This document shows positions 21,476-31,012 of a stretch of DNA of 64,000 bases, one piece after another. Under the pieces are notes generated by a model. It was not told the DNA's origin. It saw nothing but the letters and a program-made list of their open reading frames with translations, and did not search any database. Source of the stretch: an uncultured Bacteroidales bacterium (GTDB lineage Bacteria > Bacteroidota > Bacteroidia > Bacteroidales > VadinHA17); NCBI GenBank assembly GCA_963756885.1, contig CAVWPG010000011.1, forward strand, positions 510,178-574,177, given 5' to 3'. The position numbers and the translations under genes were made by a program. Each line of letters starts with the position of its first letter. Position 1 is the first letter of the stretch.

Positions 21476-21772
21476 TTAAATATTATCTAAAGTACTTATA
21501 ATAAAATATTTATATTCCATAGTTAAATGTCATTACCACTTATCGAAAATAAATATCTCATTATACAGATTGCTATATAAATGCAATAAAACATTACATA
21601 ATTCCTTCAAAATCTGTAGCCCGATTTGATGGCCTTGTTTTCACCTTCAATGAATTAAAAGTATGTAATGTTTAACCGGGATTATATAATGCTCCCCAGC
21701 CATATTATGTTCACTTTTGAAGATATTAAAGATTAAGGTTTTTATAAGGTGTATTAATTAAAAATCAAGAAG

Positions 21773-21928
21773 ATGGGAACATTACTATATATTATAGCGG
21801 TTATTCTGGTAATAGCCTGGTTAGTGGGTGTTTTTGTGTATAGTTTAAGCGGACTTATTCATATTCTGCTTGTAATCGCAATATTGGCAATATTACTCAG
21901 GTTAATCAGGGGAAACAGGCTTCTGTAA
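21773..21928 (+). CDS. Small two-TM membrane protein (lmo0937-like family)
   Basis: Not in the track because it is under 60 aa. It reads MGTLLYIIAVILVIAWLVGVFVYSLSGLIHILLVIAILAILLRLIRGNRLL, the same pattern as the neighbouring minus-strand ORF. Confidence 0.6.
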   Translation: MGTLLYIIAVILVIAWLVGVFVYSLSGLIHILLVIAILAILLRLIRGNRLL

Positions 21929-22076
21929 ATGTTGCTGATCCACATATGTCAGTTGTTTCCGGTTCGCTTTTTCTCATTCTCTTCGCAGGGCTGGCAATAG
22001 CAATGTCACTCTGATATGGATGCCAGAAAAGGCTGTCCCGGTAGCTTCCCTGATGTTGCCTTAAGTTTCGCACCGG

Positions 22077-24677
22077 TCAAAAAATAGTGAGGCCGTTACC
22101 CGGAACTATATTCAATTTTTTATTATAAACCGACCCCAGATTAAATACGAATCGGATCCTGTTGTCGATGGATTCTCTTATTGATAATAAATTAGATGAT
22201 ACTAAAAATGGGATATATATCTCGAAAAAGTTCCATAATCCGACTTTAATACCGGCTTCCCAAAAGAATGGTGTCCTGTTGCCTGTGCCCAGACCATGAT
22301 CGTTAAGGATAAGATTTATGAAAGGTTTTACAGGCAATATGCCTGCTTTACCCGGAAGGCTGCTTGTGAATGTGGCTGAAACAAGCCATTTGCTGAATCC
22401 AAGGGTGTCATTTACAGGTGTAATCAGTCCACCCTCTGTTATAGTCATCTGCCTGGAAAAGAAAGTTTCAGGGAAAGTGCTGAAGCGATCGAAATAATTT
22501 TCCTGAAACAGATATTCTTCCCTTCCATCGCGGGCGGCTGCCGAAAAATCATAGAACGGATTCAGGGAATTATTCATAATTATACCTGAGAAAAGCCTCA
22601 GATCCAACCCGTTTCCCTTGCCCCGGTAGCTGATTCTGTAGTCAAATTCAAGCGAGGTTTTCAGATATTGGATATTCGATTCAAGTGAGGTGGTAAGTTT
22701 AAAAGGGTTCAGGACACTTGTTTTTTCCAGTACCCAACCCAGCTGTATAAATGAGCTTTTCTTCCCGATTTCAGGTCTTTCCGGGAAATTAAGCCCTGAA
22801 GTCGTAATAAAATTACAATAGGTCAAATTGTTAATTTCATTTACCATTTGGTTGTTCCTGAAATAAAGAGTCAGTCCTGTGTTAGTCATCAGGTACGATT
22901 GACCGGCAGGAGCGCCAAAATGAGAAGCGTTGAAAGATATTGTCACCAGTCTGGTGAGTTTATTATATGTTCTGATATTCCAGGAAATTTTTCCAAATCC
23001 TGTCAGATCTCTGTTCCTGAAGGATATAAATGGGACAATATTATACTCAAAGGGCTTTGTAAGCTCAAGCCCGTTGTTTACTGATGCCCCTGTCATAAAT
23101 CCATCTTCCCTGGTCCAGTTGAAGGCAGGGAAGTAAATCAGGGTTCTTTTCTCCGGATCTTCAGAGGTATACAGCAATTGGGCATTGACAGGATCAGATT
23201 TAGGGAAAACAGCTGATTCCCGGATGTTGTTATTAAGGTAGTTGATCTCAGGAATTAGATGCTTCGGATTGATTTTTATTTCAGTATAATCACCATCCGG
23301 AATATCTATCCATTTTTCCTTTCCAAATCCGTCATACCACTTTTCATAGCCTATCGAATCTCCAATGAGACACGAAATCACAACGGGGGAAACCATTGTC
23401 CCCTTATTCCTTACCAGGATGCGTTTATTCTCCTGTCTGACTATCTTATAATCAAATTGATTTGTTGTGCTCAGGAAATCCCTGAAGAACCAGGATAAAT
23501 CTTTATCTGACTGAGATAAAAATATCTGATGAAGATCCTCAGGCTGAGGATGTTTTGAATTCCAGACTCTGTAGTATTCATGCATTATGGAATCAAATGC
23601 CTGATCGCCCAGGTAAGCTCTCAGATAAGTAAATCCCTGGGCAGCCTTAAAGTAGATTATATCGGAGTAATTTCTGGCCGTATACTCCATGGCAGGCAGA
23701 TCCACAGGTTGTTCGAGCCCATTCCGGGCCTGTTCCATCCATCCCAGTTCTGCCGTACGTTCAACAGGAAGTTGATCTATGTGTATAAACTTAGCCAGTT
23801 TCCTGTTTTTTAAATATACTTCCCAGAATTTTTTACCGGGATAATGCGCTGTCGTATACCGCATTTCGTAGGATGATGTTATGCCTTCATCCATAAAGGG
23901 ATACCTTCGTTCGTCCGATCCGAGAGCGCTGTAAAACCAGCTATGGCAAATTTCGTGGGCAATTACCTGGTCGAGGCTATACGAATCTGCCGAAAGGGCA
24001 ATAACTGTGAGTCCGGGATATTCCATACCATCGCCGGATGGCAATGAACTCTGGACAGCAGTAAAGGATTTGTACGGATAATCGCCAATCCATTTGGAGT
24101 AATTTATTATTGCACTGTCAATATATCTAATGGCGTCTTTCCACAAATAAGCCTGAATCTGAGGAAACATTGCCCAGGTAGTAATTTCCCTTCCTGATTC
24201 CGGAAGGGTGATCTTCCCTTTCAGAACATGAAACCGCTTGTCGGCAAACCACGCAAAATCGTGAATCCGGCTTCCTTTATAACGGATAGTTTTCAACCGT
24301 TGTGACGAAGGGGGGAAAATATCCCCTGAATAGTAGATATTGTTTTTCCATGAAGTATCAGCAGCCAGTTGATTCAGCATTTCCAGCTCATCGGCAGACT
24401 GCAGATCGCCCGTGGCTCCAACTATATAATTAGCAGGCAGAGTTATACTTACGTCAAAGCTTCCAAATTCGGAATAGAATTCTCCCTGGTCAAGATATGG
24501 CATCTGGTGCCAGCCCGATCTGTCATAAACAGCCGGCTTGGGATACCATTGAGAAATCTGGTAGGATTGATCTATATGACCTAAACGCGATGTAACTCCC
24601 TTTGGAATTTTAATATGAAAAGGGGTAGTTAATTGAATAGTGTCGCCCGGTTTTAATACATCAGGCAGGTTTATCAT
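22077..24677 (-). CDS. M1-family zinc metallopeptidase, main body
   Basis: VIAHEICHSWFY (HExxH) is followed by FMDEGITSSYE (downstream Glu ligand). The N-terminal beta domain continues in another frame (see 24694-25101). Confidence 0.75.
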   Translation of the reverse strand: MINLPDVLKPGDTIQLTTPFHIKIPKGVTSRLGHIDQSYQISQWYPKPAVYDRSGWHQMPYLDQGEFYSEFGSFDVSITLPANYIVGATGDLQSADELEMLNQLAADTSWKNNIYYSGDIFPPSSQRLKTIRYKGSRIHDFAWFADKRFHVLKGKITLPESGREITTWAMFPQIQAYLWKDAIRYIDSAIINYSKWIGDYPYKSFTAVQSSLPSGDGMEYPGLTVIALSADSYSLDQVIAHEICHSWFYSALGSDERRYPFMDEGITSSYEMRYTTAHYPGKKFWEVYLKNRKLAKFIHIDQLPVERTAELGWMEQARNGLEQPVDLPAMEYTARNYSDIIYFKAAQGFTYLRAYLGDQAFDSIMHEYYRVWNSKHPQPEDLHQIFLSQSDKDLSWFFRDFLSTTNQFDYKIVRQENKRILVRNKGTMVSPVVISCLIGDSIGYEKWYDGFGKEKWIDIPDGDYTEIKINPKHLIPEINYLNNNIRESAVFPKSDPVNAQLLYTSEDPEKRTLIYFPAFNWTREDGFMTGASVNNGLELTKPFEYNIVPFISFRNRDLTGFGKISWNIRTYNKLTRLVTISFNASHFGAPAGQSYLMTNTGLTLYFRNNQMVNEINNLTYCNFITTSGLNFPERPEIGKKSSFIQLGWVLEKTSVLNPFKLTTSLESNIQYLKTSLEFDYRISYRGKGNGLDLRLFSGIIMNNSLNPFYDFSAAARDGREEYLFQENYFDRFSTFPETFFSRQMTITEGGLITPVNDTLGFSKWLVSATFTSSLPGKAGILPVKPFINLILNDHGLGTGNRTPFFWEAGIKVGLWNFFEIYIPFLVSSNLLSIRESIDNRIRFVFNLGSVYNKKLNIVPGNGLTIF

Positions 24678-24693
24678 GCAGATATCCGGATGT

Positions 24694-25101
24694 TCAGTCG
24701 AGCAGATGCCACCCTACCTGCCTGGAATTTACCTTAAAATCCATCGAATCGATATAGCCTCTCAGCTCCTTATCCCTGAATAGCTTTTCCTTTCCCTGCG
24801 TTCGGAATATTTCCTTTGCCAGATCAGTATTATTCCCTGAATATCCGTTTGGCCAAAGGTGGAAATACAGAAAGCCAAGTGTGTCGGGTGAGTTGTTGAT
24901 ATATCGGATTACTTCGAAAGCGTTCAGTTCATGATCTGTATCATTAAGTTTAACGTAAATCTGATAATCAACCTCCTGCTGAAAATATTCCTGTGACGAG
25001 GCGCTTTGTGAATACAAGTGGAATAATATAAGAATGGGGAAAACATATTTTACCTGGGTTGGGAACTTGACTTTTTCAGTTGATCTGGTCATTTGCAGCA
25101 T
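24694..25101 (-). CDS. N-terminal fragment (signal peptide plus first beta-domain) of the same M1 peptidase, in a different frame
   Basis: QEVDYQIYVKLNDTDHELNAFEVIRYINNSPDTLGFLYFHLWPNGY is a typical M1 N-terminal domain. It ends 16 nt before the next ORF's ATG. The downstream frame is already open upstream of that ATG (STEHPDICM), so a single frameshift near 24695-24712 would join the two. Confidence 0.65.
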   Translation of the reverse strand: MLQMTRSTEKVKFPTQVKYVFPILILFHLYSQSASSQEYFQQEVDYQIYVKLNDTDHELNAFEVIRYINNSPDTLGFLYFHLWPNGYSGNNTDLAKEIFRTQGKEKLFRDKELRGYIDSMDFKVNSRQVGWHLLD

Positions 25102-25178
25102 GGCGTACGACTGGAATCAGTGAAGTTGATATCAGGCAGATCCAATTATTTTAGTCCAAAATAAATAAAATCTTTGAT

Positions 25179-25586
25179 TACTAAACGGATAAATGGTCAA
25201 ATTAGTAAGAGATTCTTCGCTTCACTTCGTTTCGCTCAGAATGACAGCCATTTATGGTTTAGGGGGGATGTTGAAAAAGTCTTTTTGACCGCACAAAGGT
25301 TTACGCGCAAAGACAAGCAATTGTAATTTAGATCTTTACGAGAACATTCATGCTTTAGGGAATTTGTGATTATTGATATGTCTCGCTGATGTACGCAGAT
25401 TGAATAACGCTGAGTCCCGCCGATTAAATTCCTTTAATATCCGCGAATCCCGATGGCTATCGGGACTGCAGTAACCTCTGCGGTTATTGGAATTTGACTT
25501 TTTCAACAACCCCTACCAAAAACTCCATAAATACTTGTCATTCTGACCGAAGCGAAGAATCTCAACCTATTAATCGGACAGTAGTG
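25179..25586. mobile_element. MITE-like non-coding repeat, copy 2 (408 bp), flanked by a 12-bp direct duplication
   Basis: AAAATCTTTGAT occurs immediately before 25179 and immediately after 25586. The terminal regions are imperfect inverted repeats (...AGAGATTCTTCGCTTC / GAAGCGAAGAATCTCA...). The core matches 16889-17200. Confidence 0.75.
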
Positions 25587-25696
25587 AAAATCTTTGATAA
25601 ATTAATCGCACATTAATTTATAAACCTTTCTTTTTTCCCTCTTTTTATCCTTCTTTTTCCTGATCCTTCCTTTTGCTTAATACCACTCCTTATAGA

Positions 25697-26758
25697 CTAC
25701 CTTTCATTTCTTCCTTTCTGCTCTGGCTGTATTTTCTTCTGGGGATTTTTATTATGACCCCGGTGTTGAGTATTGCCAGGTTGGTTTTGTTTTTCATAGG
25801 TTGCATGATGCCGGATTTTGTACTGTTGTTGTCCGTGTCGCATTTCTTCTGTTTGTTGATTCTGTTTATTTTCCGGGTGCCTTTGCCGGATTGGCGGAGG
25901 TTGAGTCATAACATTATTTTGCCGGATATTATTATTTCTTTTACCTTCAGGATGAATATCCTTCGAATCAATAACCTTTGGTGGTCTAGTCCTTGTCTGG
26001 TTTTCAAACTGAGGTCTGTATATTTGTACCTGCCGGTTGCTGATCTTTTGACCTGGTCTGTTATTATCAAGAACAGCAACGTTCGGGATCTTTCTCCCAA
26101 TAGTATTCTGTACCTCATTTGGACTGGGTCCGGCAACATATGTTACATTCCTTCTGGCATCTGCATAAGTATTATTTATAACTTTTGTATTCCTGATTAC
26201 TTGTTCATTATCTCTCCTGTTTATATAGTATTTTCCTGGATTTTCTCTGTCAAAATCCTTTTCACGAACAAAATTCCACCTTCCCGGATCGCGACTTTCA
26301 CTGTTCAGGCTCATCTCCACGCTTATACCAGGGCGCATTGGAGCCCAACCATAATAACCGCCGCCACTTCTCCATACTACCCATGCCGGCCCCCATTCAT
26401 CGCCAGGTATCCAGAACCATCCCCGGTAGCTGTCATAATCCCAGCGGCCGTAGTGAAAAGGAGCCCAACCCCATTTGTAGTCAGAAAGCCACATCCAGCC
26501 ATACTCTGTCATTACCCAGTGGCCAGATGTGGAATATGGTACAAAATCTGGCCCTGCACCCGGAATCCATACATAACCATAATCGGGGTCATTAACCCAT
26601 TCCCCGTATGGGCTTAAGTCGTCATAAAATACCTGGAAACTTACATGCCCCTGTTCTTCGGCTGCGGGTTGTTGCAGATCTGAATAAGTCCCTTGATCCA
26701 CACATGAGCAACTGCATACCAAAAAGAACATCAGTAATATTATAAGAGTGTTCTTCAT
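25697..26758 (-). CDS. Secreted Trp/Gly/Tyr-rich repeat protein with a basic Pro/Gln/Asn-rich tail; function unknown
   Basis: Signal peptide plus Cys (lipoprotein-like). Repeats include GYVWIPG, YGWMWLSDYKWGWAPFHYGRWDYDSYRGWFWIPGDEWGPAWVVW and GYYGWAPM. Confidence 0.55.
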   Translation of the reverse strand: MKNTLIILLMFFLVCSCSCVDQGTYSDLQQPAAEEQGHVSFQVFYDDLSPYGEWVNDPDYGYVWIPGAGPDFVPYSTSGHWVMTEYGWMWLSDYKWGWAPFHYGRWDYDSYRGWFWIPGDEWGPAWVVWRSGGGYYGWAPMRPGISVEMSLNSESRDPGRWNFVREKDFDRENPGKYYINRRDNEQVIRNTKVINNTYADARRNVTYVAGPSPNEVQNTIGRKIPNVAVLDNNRPGQKISNRQVQIYRPQFENQTRTRPPKVIDSKDIHPEGKRNNNIRQNNVMTQPPPIRQRHPENKQNQQTEEMRHGQQQYKIRHHATYEKQNQPGNTQHRGHNKNPQKKIQPEQKGRNER

Positions 26759-26810
26759 TGTAATACAATTAGTTAAAAATGATAAGTTCTATATTGAATA
26801 TCACATATCA

Positions 26811-27140
26811 TCAGATCAGAAGGATAAGAATTACTATTAGCAAGATTGTCCCGCTGCTGAAATAAATAACGTATCCGTCATATCTCTTTTTAATTGTTTT
26901 CAGCTCTTTTCTTATTTCCCGTTTTTCTTTTACGGTCATTTTGCTTCTATCCATTTTCTTTATCTCTTCCACCCTTCTGGTCAGACGTTGAGCCTCCTCA
27001 TCCGATAATTTATATTCTTTTTTATTTTTATCCTTATCGGCAGGCTTATCAGCTGTATTCTTTTCAGGGTTTAATGATACTGCAGGAGCGGCGCTCAATG
27101 TGAGTATCATTAAATAAGCCATTATAATTAACTTTTTCAT
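26811..27140 (-). CDS. Small secreted/anchored protein with a charged coiled segment and a C-terminal TM helix
   Basis: 109 aa with a signal peptide, a Lys/Glu-rich middle and a C-terminal GTILLIVILILLI. Confidence 0.45.
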   Translation of the reverse strand: MKKLIIMAYLMILTLSAAPAVSLNPEKNTADKPADKDKNKKEYKLSDEEAQRLTRRVEEIKKMDRSKMTVKEKREIRKELKTIKKRYDGYVIYFSSGTILLIVILILLI

Positions 27141-27802
27141 ATTTTTATTTTTTAGTTAATAATTCAATCATTATCAAAGCATTAAATTATTTTGTAAAAT
27201 TACTTCGTGCAGGTTGATAAACTTTTACACAATTAGGGGATTAGATTGTATAATTTAAAAGGCATGATTTGTATTTCCCGATTCCGGTACCCATTTTCTG
27301 AATCAGCGGTTTATTCTGCTTTCAGATAACATATAAGCAGGTTGCCTCTGTCATATTAACATTCATTTGTAAATCATAAGTTTAACACTGACCTCCGGCG
27401 GTCAGAAACTACCTGCGGGAGGCAACCGGGGCCTTTGGCTTATCCAAACACCTTAGAATCCGCTCACACTGACCACCATAAACCGGGATAATTTGTCCGG
27501 ATTATTCCTGTGATATACGGACATCCGGATCTGTCAGGAGCGGTATCAGAATTGTGACGATGAACGTTTTTAAATGTGATTTGTTTATGGTAGATGTTTT
27601 GTTCCATACGGGAAATGATAACCTGTTATAAAGAAGTAGGCGATCTTAATTAACCAAATCGAAGGTTAGTTGTTCTGTGTTCTATTGCAAATTGCATCAG
27701 GACCATTACGGCCATATCTTATTGATCTCCAAACAAGTGTTATGGCTGGTTTCGATTTAATAATCAAAATTAGTTCTGTAAATTAACGAAAGGGAATCAA
27801 TT

Positions 27803-28231
27803 ATGTCAAGCGAAGATGAAGTCCGCAATGCATCAAATCAGTTTTATTCAGCGCTAAACAAAATGACAAATGGAAGTGCTCAATCCCTGTCAGATATCTG
27901 GTCGCACAGTTCGGATGTTACCACTATGCATCCGATTGGGGGACGGCAGATTGGATGGAAGGACGTTTGGGCAACATGGGACCAGACCGCCCAGGTTGCT
28001 TCAGAAGGTAAGGTCAGGCTTGAGGATCAGTACATCCATGTAGCCGGGGATATGGCTTATGAAATTGGCGTCGAGAATGCGGGTTTCAGCATAGCCGGAC
28101 AAAAGGTCACTGATCAGGTTCGCGTAACGAACATCTATCAGAAAGAAGGTGGATACTGGAAGATTGTCCACCATCATACCGATCTCTCCCCAGCAATGGT
28201 TGAAATTCTTCATAAATTGCAAACCACGTAA
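27803..28231 (+). CDS. SnoaL-like / NTF2-fold (DUF4440-like) protein
   Basis: 142 aa. Contains VRNASNQFYSALN...SLSDIWSHSSDVTTMHPIGG...VTNIYQKEGGYWKIVHHHTD, typical of the NTF2-like family. Confidence 0.7.
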   Translation: MSSEDEVRNASNQFYSALNKMTNGSAQSLSDIWSHSSDVTTMHPIGGRQIGWKDVWATWDQTAQVASEGKVRLEDQYIHVAGDMAYEIGVENAGFSIAGQKVTDQVRVTNIYQKEGGYWKIVHHHTDLSPAMVEILHKLQTT

Positions 28232-28638
28232 GGACAAAATGTAATGAAACCTGATAATCGCTCAGGTTTATGGTTTCAGGAGTGTTTTTGGTATTCAACC
28301 GGAGGGTGCTGGAAATAGCAGGCACTTCCGGTTTGATCACAGGATAGTCTCACTCTTTAGCGAAGGGTAGAGATCTGTCTGAAATCAGTATTTACCACAC
28401 AGGCGAGGGAATTTCTTTTTCACAGTATACTTTTTCCGGCTGTTGGAGCGGACTAATTATTTTGCTGAAGGAATAATATGCTTAATTTTTGACTGCACCA
28501 TGAGAGTATCAACTTGCAGATTCAGAGAACCAACATATCCTGCTTATAATTGGGGAAAGAATATAATATCTCCTTTTTTTTGATCTCCATACTGGCCGGA
28601 TTCGATCCGGGATCACGCTTATCTGCTATGCGGTTTTC

Positions 28639-29967
28639 CTACATAATTCTTTTGTTATTTTTAATTGTAACAATGAAAGCATCAGGGTATCCATTTTTTC
28701 TGCAAATACTCTTAAATTCATTGGCAGGAGGCTTGGAGGCAAATTCTCCTACCGAGTAGCAGTATATTTCGTTATATAAATATTCGTATGTGCTATAAGT
28801 TTTTCCTTCAATAATAATCTGGTTATCCGTTCGTTGTTTTTTACTTGTAAGGATCTGGATTCTGTAAATTGTCAAATCCTTAAATTCATCTGCTACAGGT
28901 ATTTCTGTTTCATGAATTTCAGATCTATTCTTTGTTCTGGTTTCTGCTGGCACATTTTTAACCGGATTCTGAGGCAATGTTTCAGAAATGACAGAATCTT
29001 CTATCATATTGCCAGTTTTGTTTAATGAATCTGGTATCTCGCTTTTGCCCTGATTGTTCTCTTTTAAAGCATCTGATAAGGTAGTGGTTGCCTGCATTTC
29101 ATTTCCATTTCCAAAGGCTGAATTATTTTCGCCTCCTTTTGATCTGTTAAAGAAGTAAAACAGGGACAGGATGCCCAGAGCGATTACCACTAAAATGATT
29201 ATGATGGGCAGGACTTTTCTTTTTTTTGATTTTAACGGTGGGGTTTTGTGGATCGCTGATGATGTTTCAGGGACAAGCTTAGCTGTTATAAGTTCACGCA
29301 TGTCCTTTGGAATTTCATCAAGGATCCCTTTCTCTTTCCGGATTTCATCGGGGTTTAGCGAAGGAGGTATTACTGCTTCAGTTTTTATCCCATGAGCCTG
29401 ATCATATGCAGGCACTTCTTCAACAGGTATTTCTGTATCAAATATTTTATTCTGAGGCATCTCTTCTTCGGGCTTCTCCTCAGAAAGAATTTCATATTCA
29501 TGATTAATTTCATGCGGTTGTTCTTCCTCTTTCACAGCATCAGCGGGAATCTCTTCAGCTGGTATTTTTTCCTGAGGTTGTTCTTTATCTTCCAAGACCC
29601 CAGATGAGAACCCATCCTGTGGTATAATTTCCTGAGAAATGTCCTTCTCTGTCAGCAGCTCAGTATATATCCCTTCTTCGGGTTTTATTTCCTGGGACAA
29701 CTTTTTCTCCGGAATCCCATCGGCAGGTGTCCCGGTCAAAGCATTTGTCTCTGCTGGCTTTTCTTCAACAATTTTCATTTCAGAAGGATTCCCGTCATAC
29801 TTTTCCTCAACAGGGTTTTCATCGAATATTTTGTACTTCTCATACAGCTTTTTTAAAAGTGCTTCTTCCTGTCCTTTGTATTTGGTTAACAGGTAACTGA
29901 CTTCCGATACTTTGTCAGGATTGTATTTTAAATAGAAGTCAGTAAGCAACTTTGGATAGTCTTTCAT
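28639..29967 (-). CDS. Operon gene 7: bitopic membrane protein with cytoplasmic Glu/Pro-rich repeats and a C-terminal SPOR-like peptidoglycan-binding domain
   Basis: Helical N-terminal motif LLTDFYLKYNPDKVSEVSYLLTKYKGQEEALLKKLYEKYKI. About 180 aa of degenerate E/P/I repeats. One TM (VLPIIIILVVIALGILSLFYFF). C-terminus YRIQILTSKKQR...YCYSVGEFASKPPANEFKSICRKNGYPDAFIVTI is SPOR-like. Confidence 0.65.
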   Translation of the reverse strand: MKDYPKLLTDFYLKYNPDKVSEVSYLLTKYKGQEEALLKKLYEKYKIFDENPVEEKYDGNPSEMKIVEEKPAETNALTGTPADGIPEKKLSQEIKPEEGIYTELLTEKDISQEIIPQDGFSSGVLEDKEQPQEKIPAEEIPADAVKEEEQPHEINHEYEILSEEKPEEEMPQNKIFDTEIPVEEVPAYDQAHGIKTEAVIPPSLNPDEIRKEKGILDEIPKDMRELITAKLVPETSSAIHKTPPLKSKKRKVLPIIIILVVIALGILSLFYFFNRSKGGENNSAFGNGNEMQATTTLSDALKENNQGKSEIPDSLNKTGNMIEDSVISETLPQNPVKNVPAETRTKNRSEIHETEIPVADEFKDLTIYRIQILTSKKQRTDNQIIIEGKTYSTYEYLYNEIYCYSVGEFASKPPANEFKSICRKNGYPDAFIVTIKNNKRIM

Positions 29968-30027
29968 TTTGATTTGAGTTTGCTTTGAGTCGTTGATTCA
30001 GGTTTGGCTGCCAGATATTTTATCATT

Positions 30028-31002
30028 TCAGTGAAGCAGATTGACAATTTCTGAGATTCCAAAATTGCCATCCAGGTTTTGGATTTCAATTTTACCATTT
30101 AACAGATCAAAAAAGAAATCACGGATCTTTCCCATTGAGAGTGATGCTGGTTCTCCATTTGAATCCAGCCCCAAATCATAAGTCATCAGAAGCTGAGAGC
30201 CCAGGCTTGCTGCAGTTAACAAGAAATGATTCTGAAATTTTTCAGTGTCCAGCAGATCTGCAGCCAATACCTTTCCTACCACGGTGTAACTTCTCAGGTT
30301 TTTCTGAGTTTCGTCGTTCGTTAATGTCGTTTTTACTTCATCTGTTTCAATGTTCATTTCTATTTTGCCGGAGTTTGTTGCCTGAGGCAAACCTCTGTAA
30401 AGAGAACCTAAGTCTGCTAAACTTAAATTATAAAATTTTGTACCAGGCAATGTTATTATTTTTTCGATAGAAAAGGCACTGGGCAAGAGTAACCAAACCA
30501 CTTGTGCAGCCTTTATTGATGGAGCATTAAATGTCCCTGCAACCGAATTGGTCAGATCAATGGTTTGAGTTGCAAATACGCCACCAATTACGACGCTGTT
30601 TTCAAGGATAACTTCGTCAGCATAAATACTGCCTGCAACAAATGAATTATAAAGTGTTACGGTTTTGGCGTTTATATCAGAATAAAAAATTATGTTGCAG
30701 TTTGGTGCTCTTGAAACAATGGAATTGGCAGAGCCAACGCACTTTTTAAACAGGATATTTCCACTTGCTTCACTATTTATGTAGAGTTCACTTTGGGCAA
30801 AAACTGCTCCCTGTATTTCTGAATTCCCCTGTTGAATTTCGAGTTTATGGGCGAATACAGGGCCTTCAATTATAGTGTTGCCTTGGATTGAAATTGTTCT
30901 GCTTAGTTCAGAATATTTCTCAGGCAAAATAGAGCCTTTAACCAGATTATCCTTAAGCTGGATATTCATTTCATTAAACCGAATTTCTTTTAGTTCTGTC
31001 AT
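30028..31002 (-). CDS. Operon gene 6: beta-helix-repeat protein (bactofilin-like N-terminal half) with an unassigned C-terminal domain
   Basis: Repeated short strand motifs read IQGNTIIEGPVFAHKLEIQQGNSEIQGAVFAQSELYINSEASGNILF...VAGSIYADEVILENSVVIGGVFATQTIDLTNSVAGTF. No TM helix. Confidence 0.45.
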   Translation of the reverse strand: MTELKEIRFNEMNIQLKDNLVKGSILPEKYSELSRTISIQGNTIIEGPVFAHKLEIQQGNSEIQGAVFAQSELYINSEASGNILFKKCVGSANSIVSRAPNCNIIFYSDINAKTVTLYNSFVAGSIYADEVILENSVVIGGVFATQTIDLTNSVAGTFNAPSIKAAQVVWLLLPSAFSIEKIITLPGTKFYNLSLADLGSLYRGLPQATNSGKIEMNIETDEVKTTLTNDETQKNLRSYTVVGKVLAADLLDTEKFQNHFLLTAASLGSQLLMTYDLGLDSNGEPASLSMGKIRDFFFDLLNGKIEIQNLDGNFGISEIVNLLH

Positions 31003-31012
31003 AATCTTTTCA

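Noticed and set aside
25673-26617. 314-aa plus-strand ORF fully antisense to the 353-aa Trp/Gly-rich protein gene.
   Set aside because: The translation is low-complexity and hydrophobic with no motif. The minus-strand product has a signal peptide and coherent repeats. A long antisense ORF is expected from the skewed codon composition (TGG/CCA, GGN/NCC).
27141-27802. The 660-bp intergenic region upstream of the SnoaL-like gene, with GC-rich hairpins (CTGACC TCCGGC GGTCAG), might be a riboswitch or sRNA.
   Set aside because: I recognise no known riboswitch core. Part of the region is better explained as an IS66 transposase remnant.
29300-29800. Repetitive DNA that might be a tandem-repeat or CRISPR-like array.
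   Set aside because: The repeats are degenerate and in-frame, and they encode the Glu/Pro-rich region of operon gene 7. There is no constant repeat / variable spacer structure, and no cas genes occur anywhere in the window.
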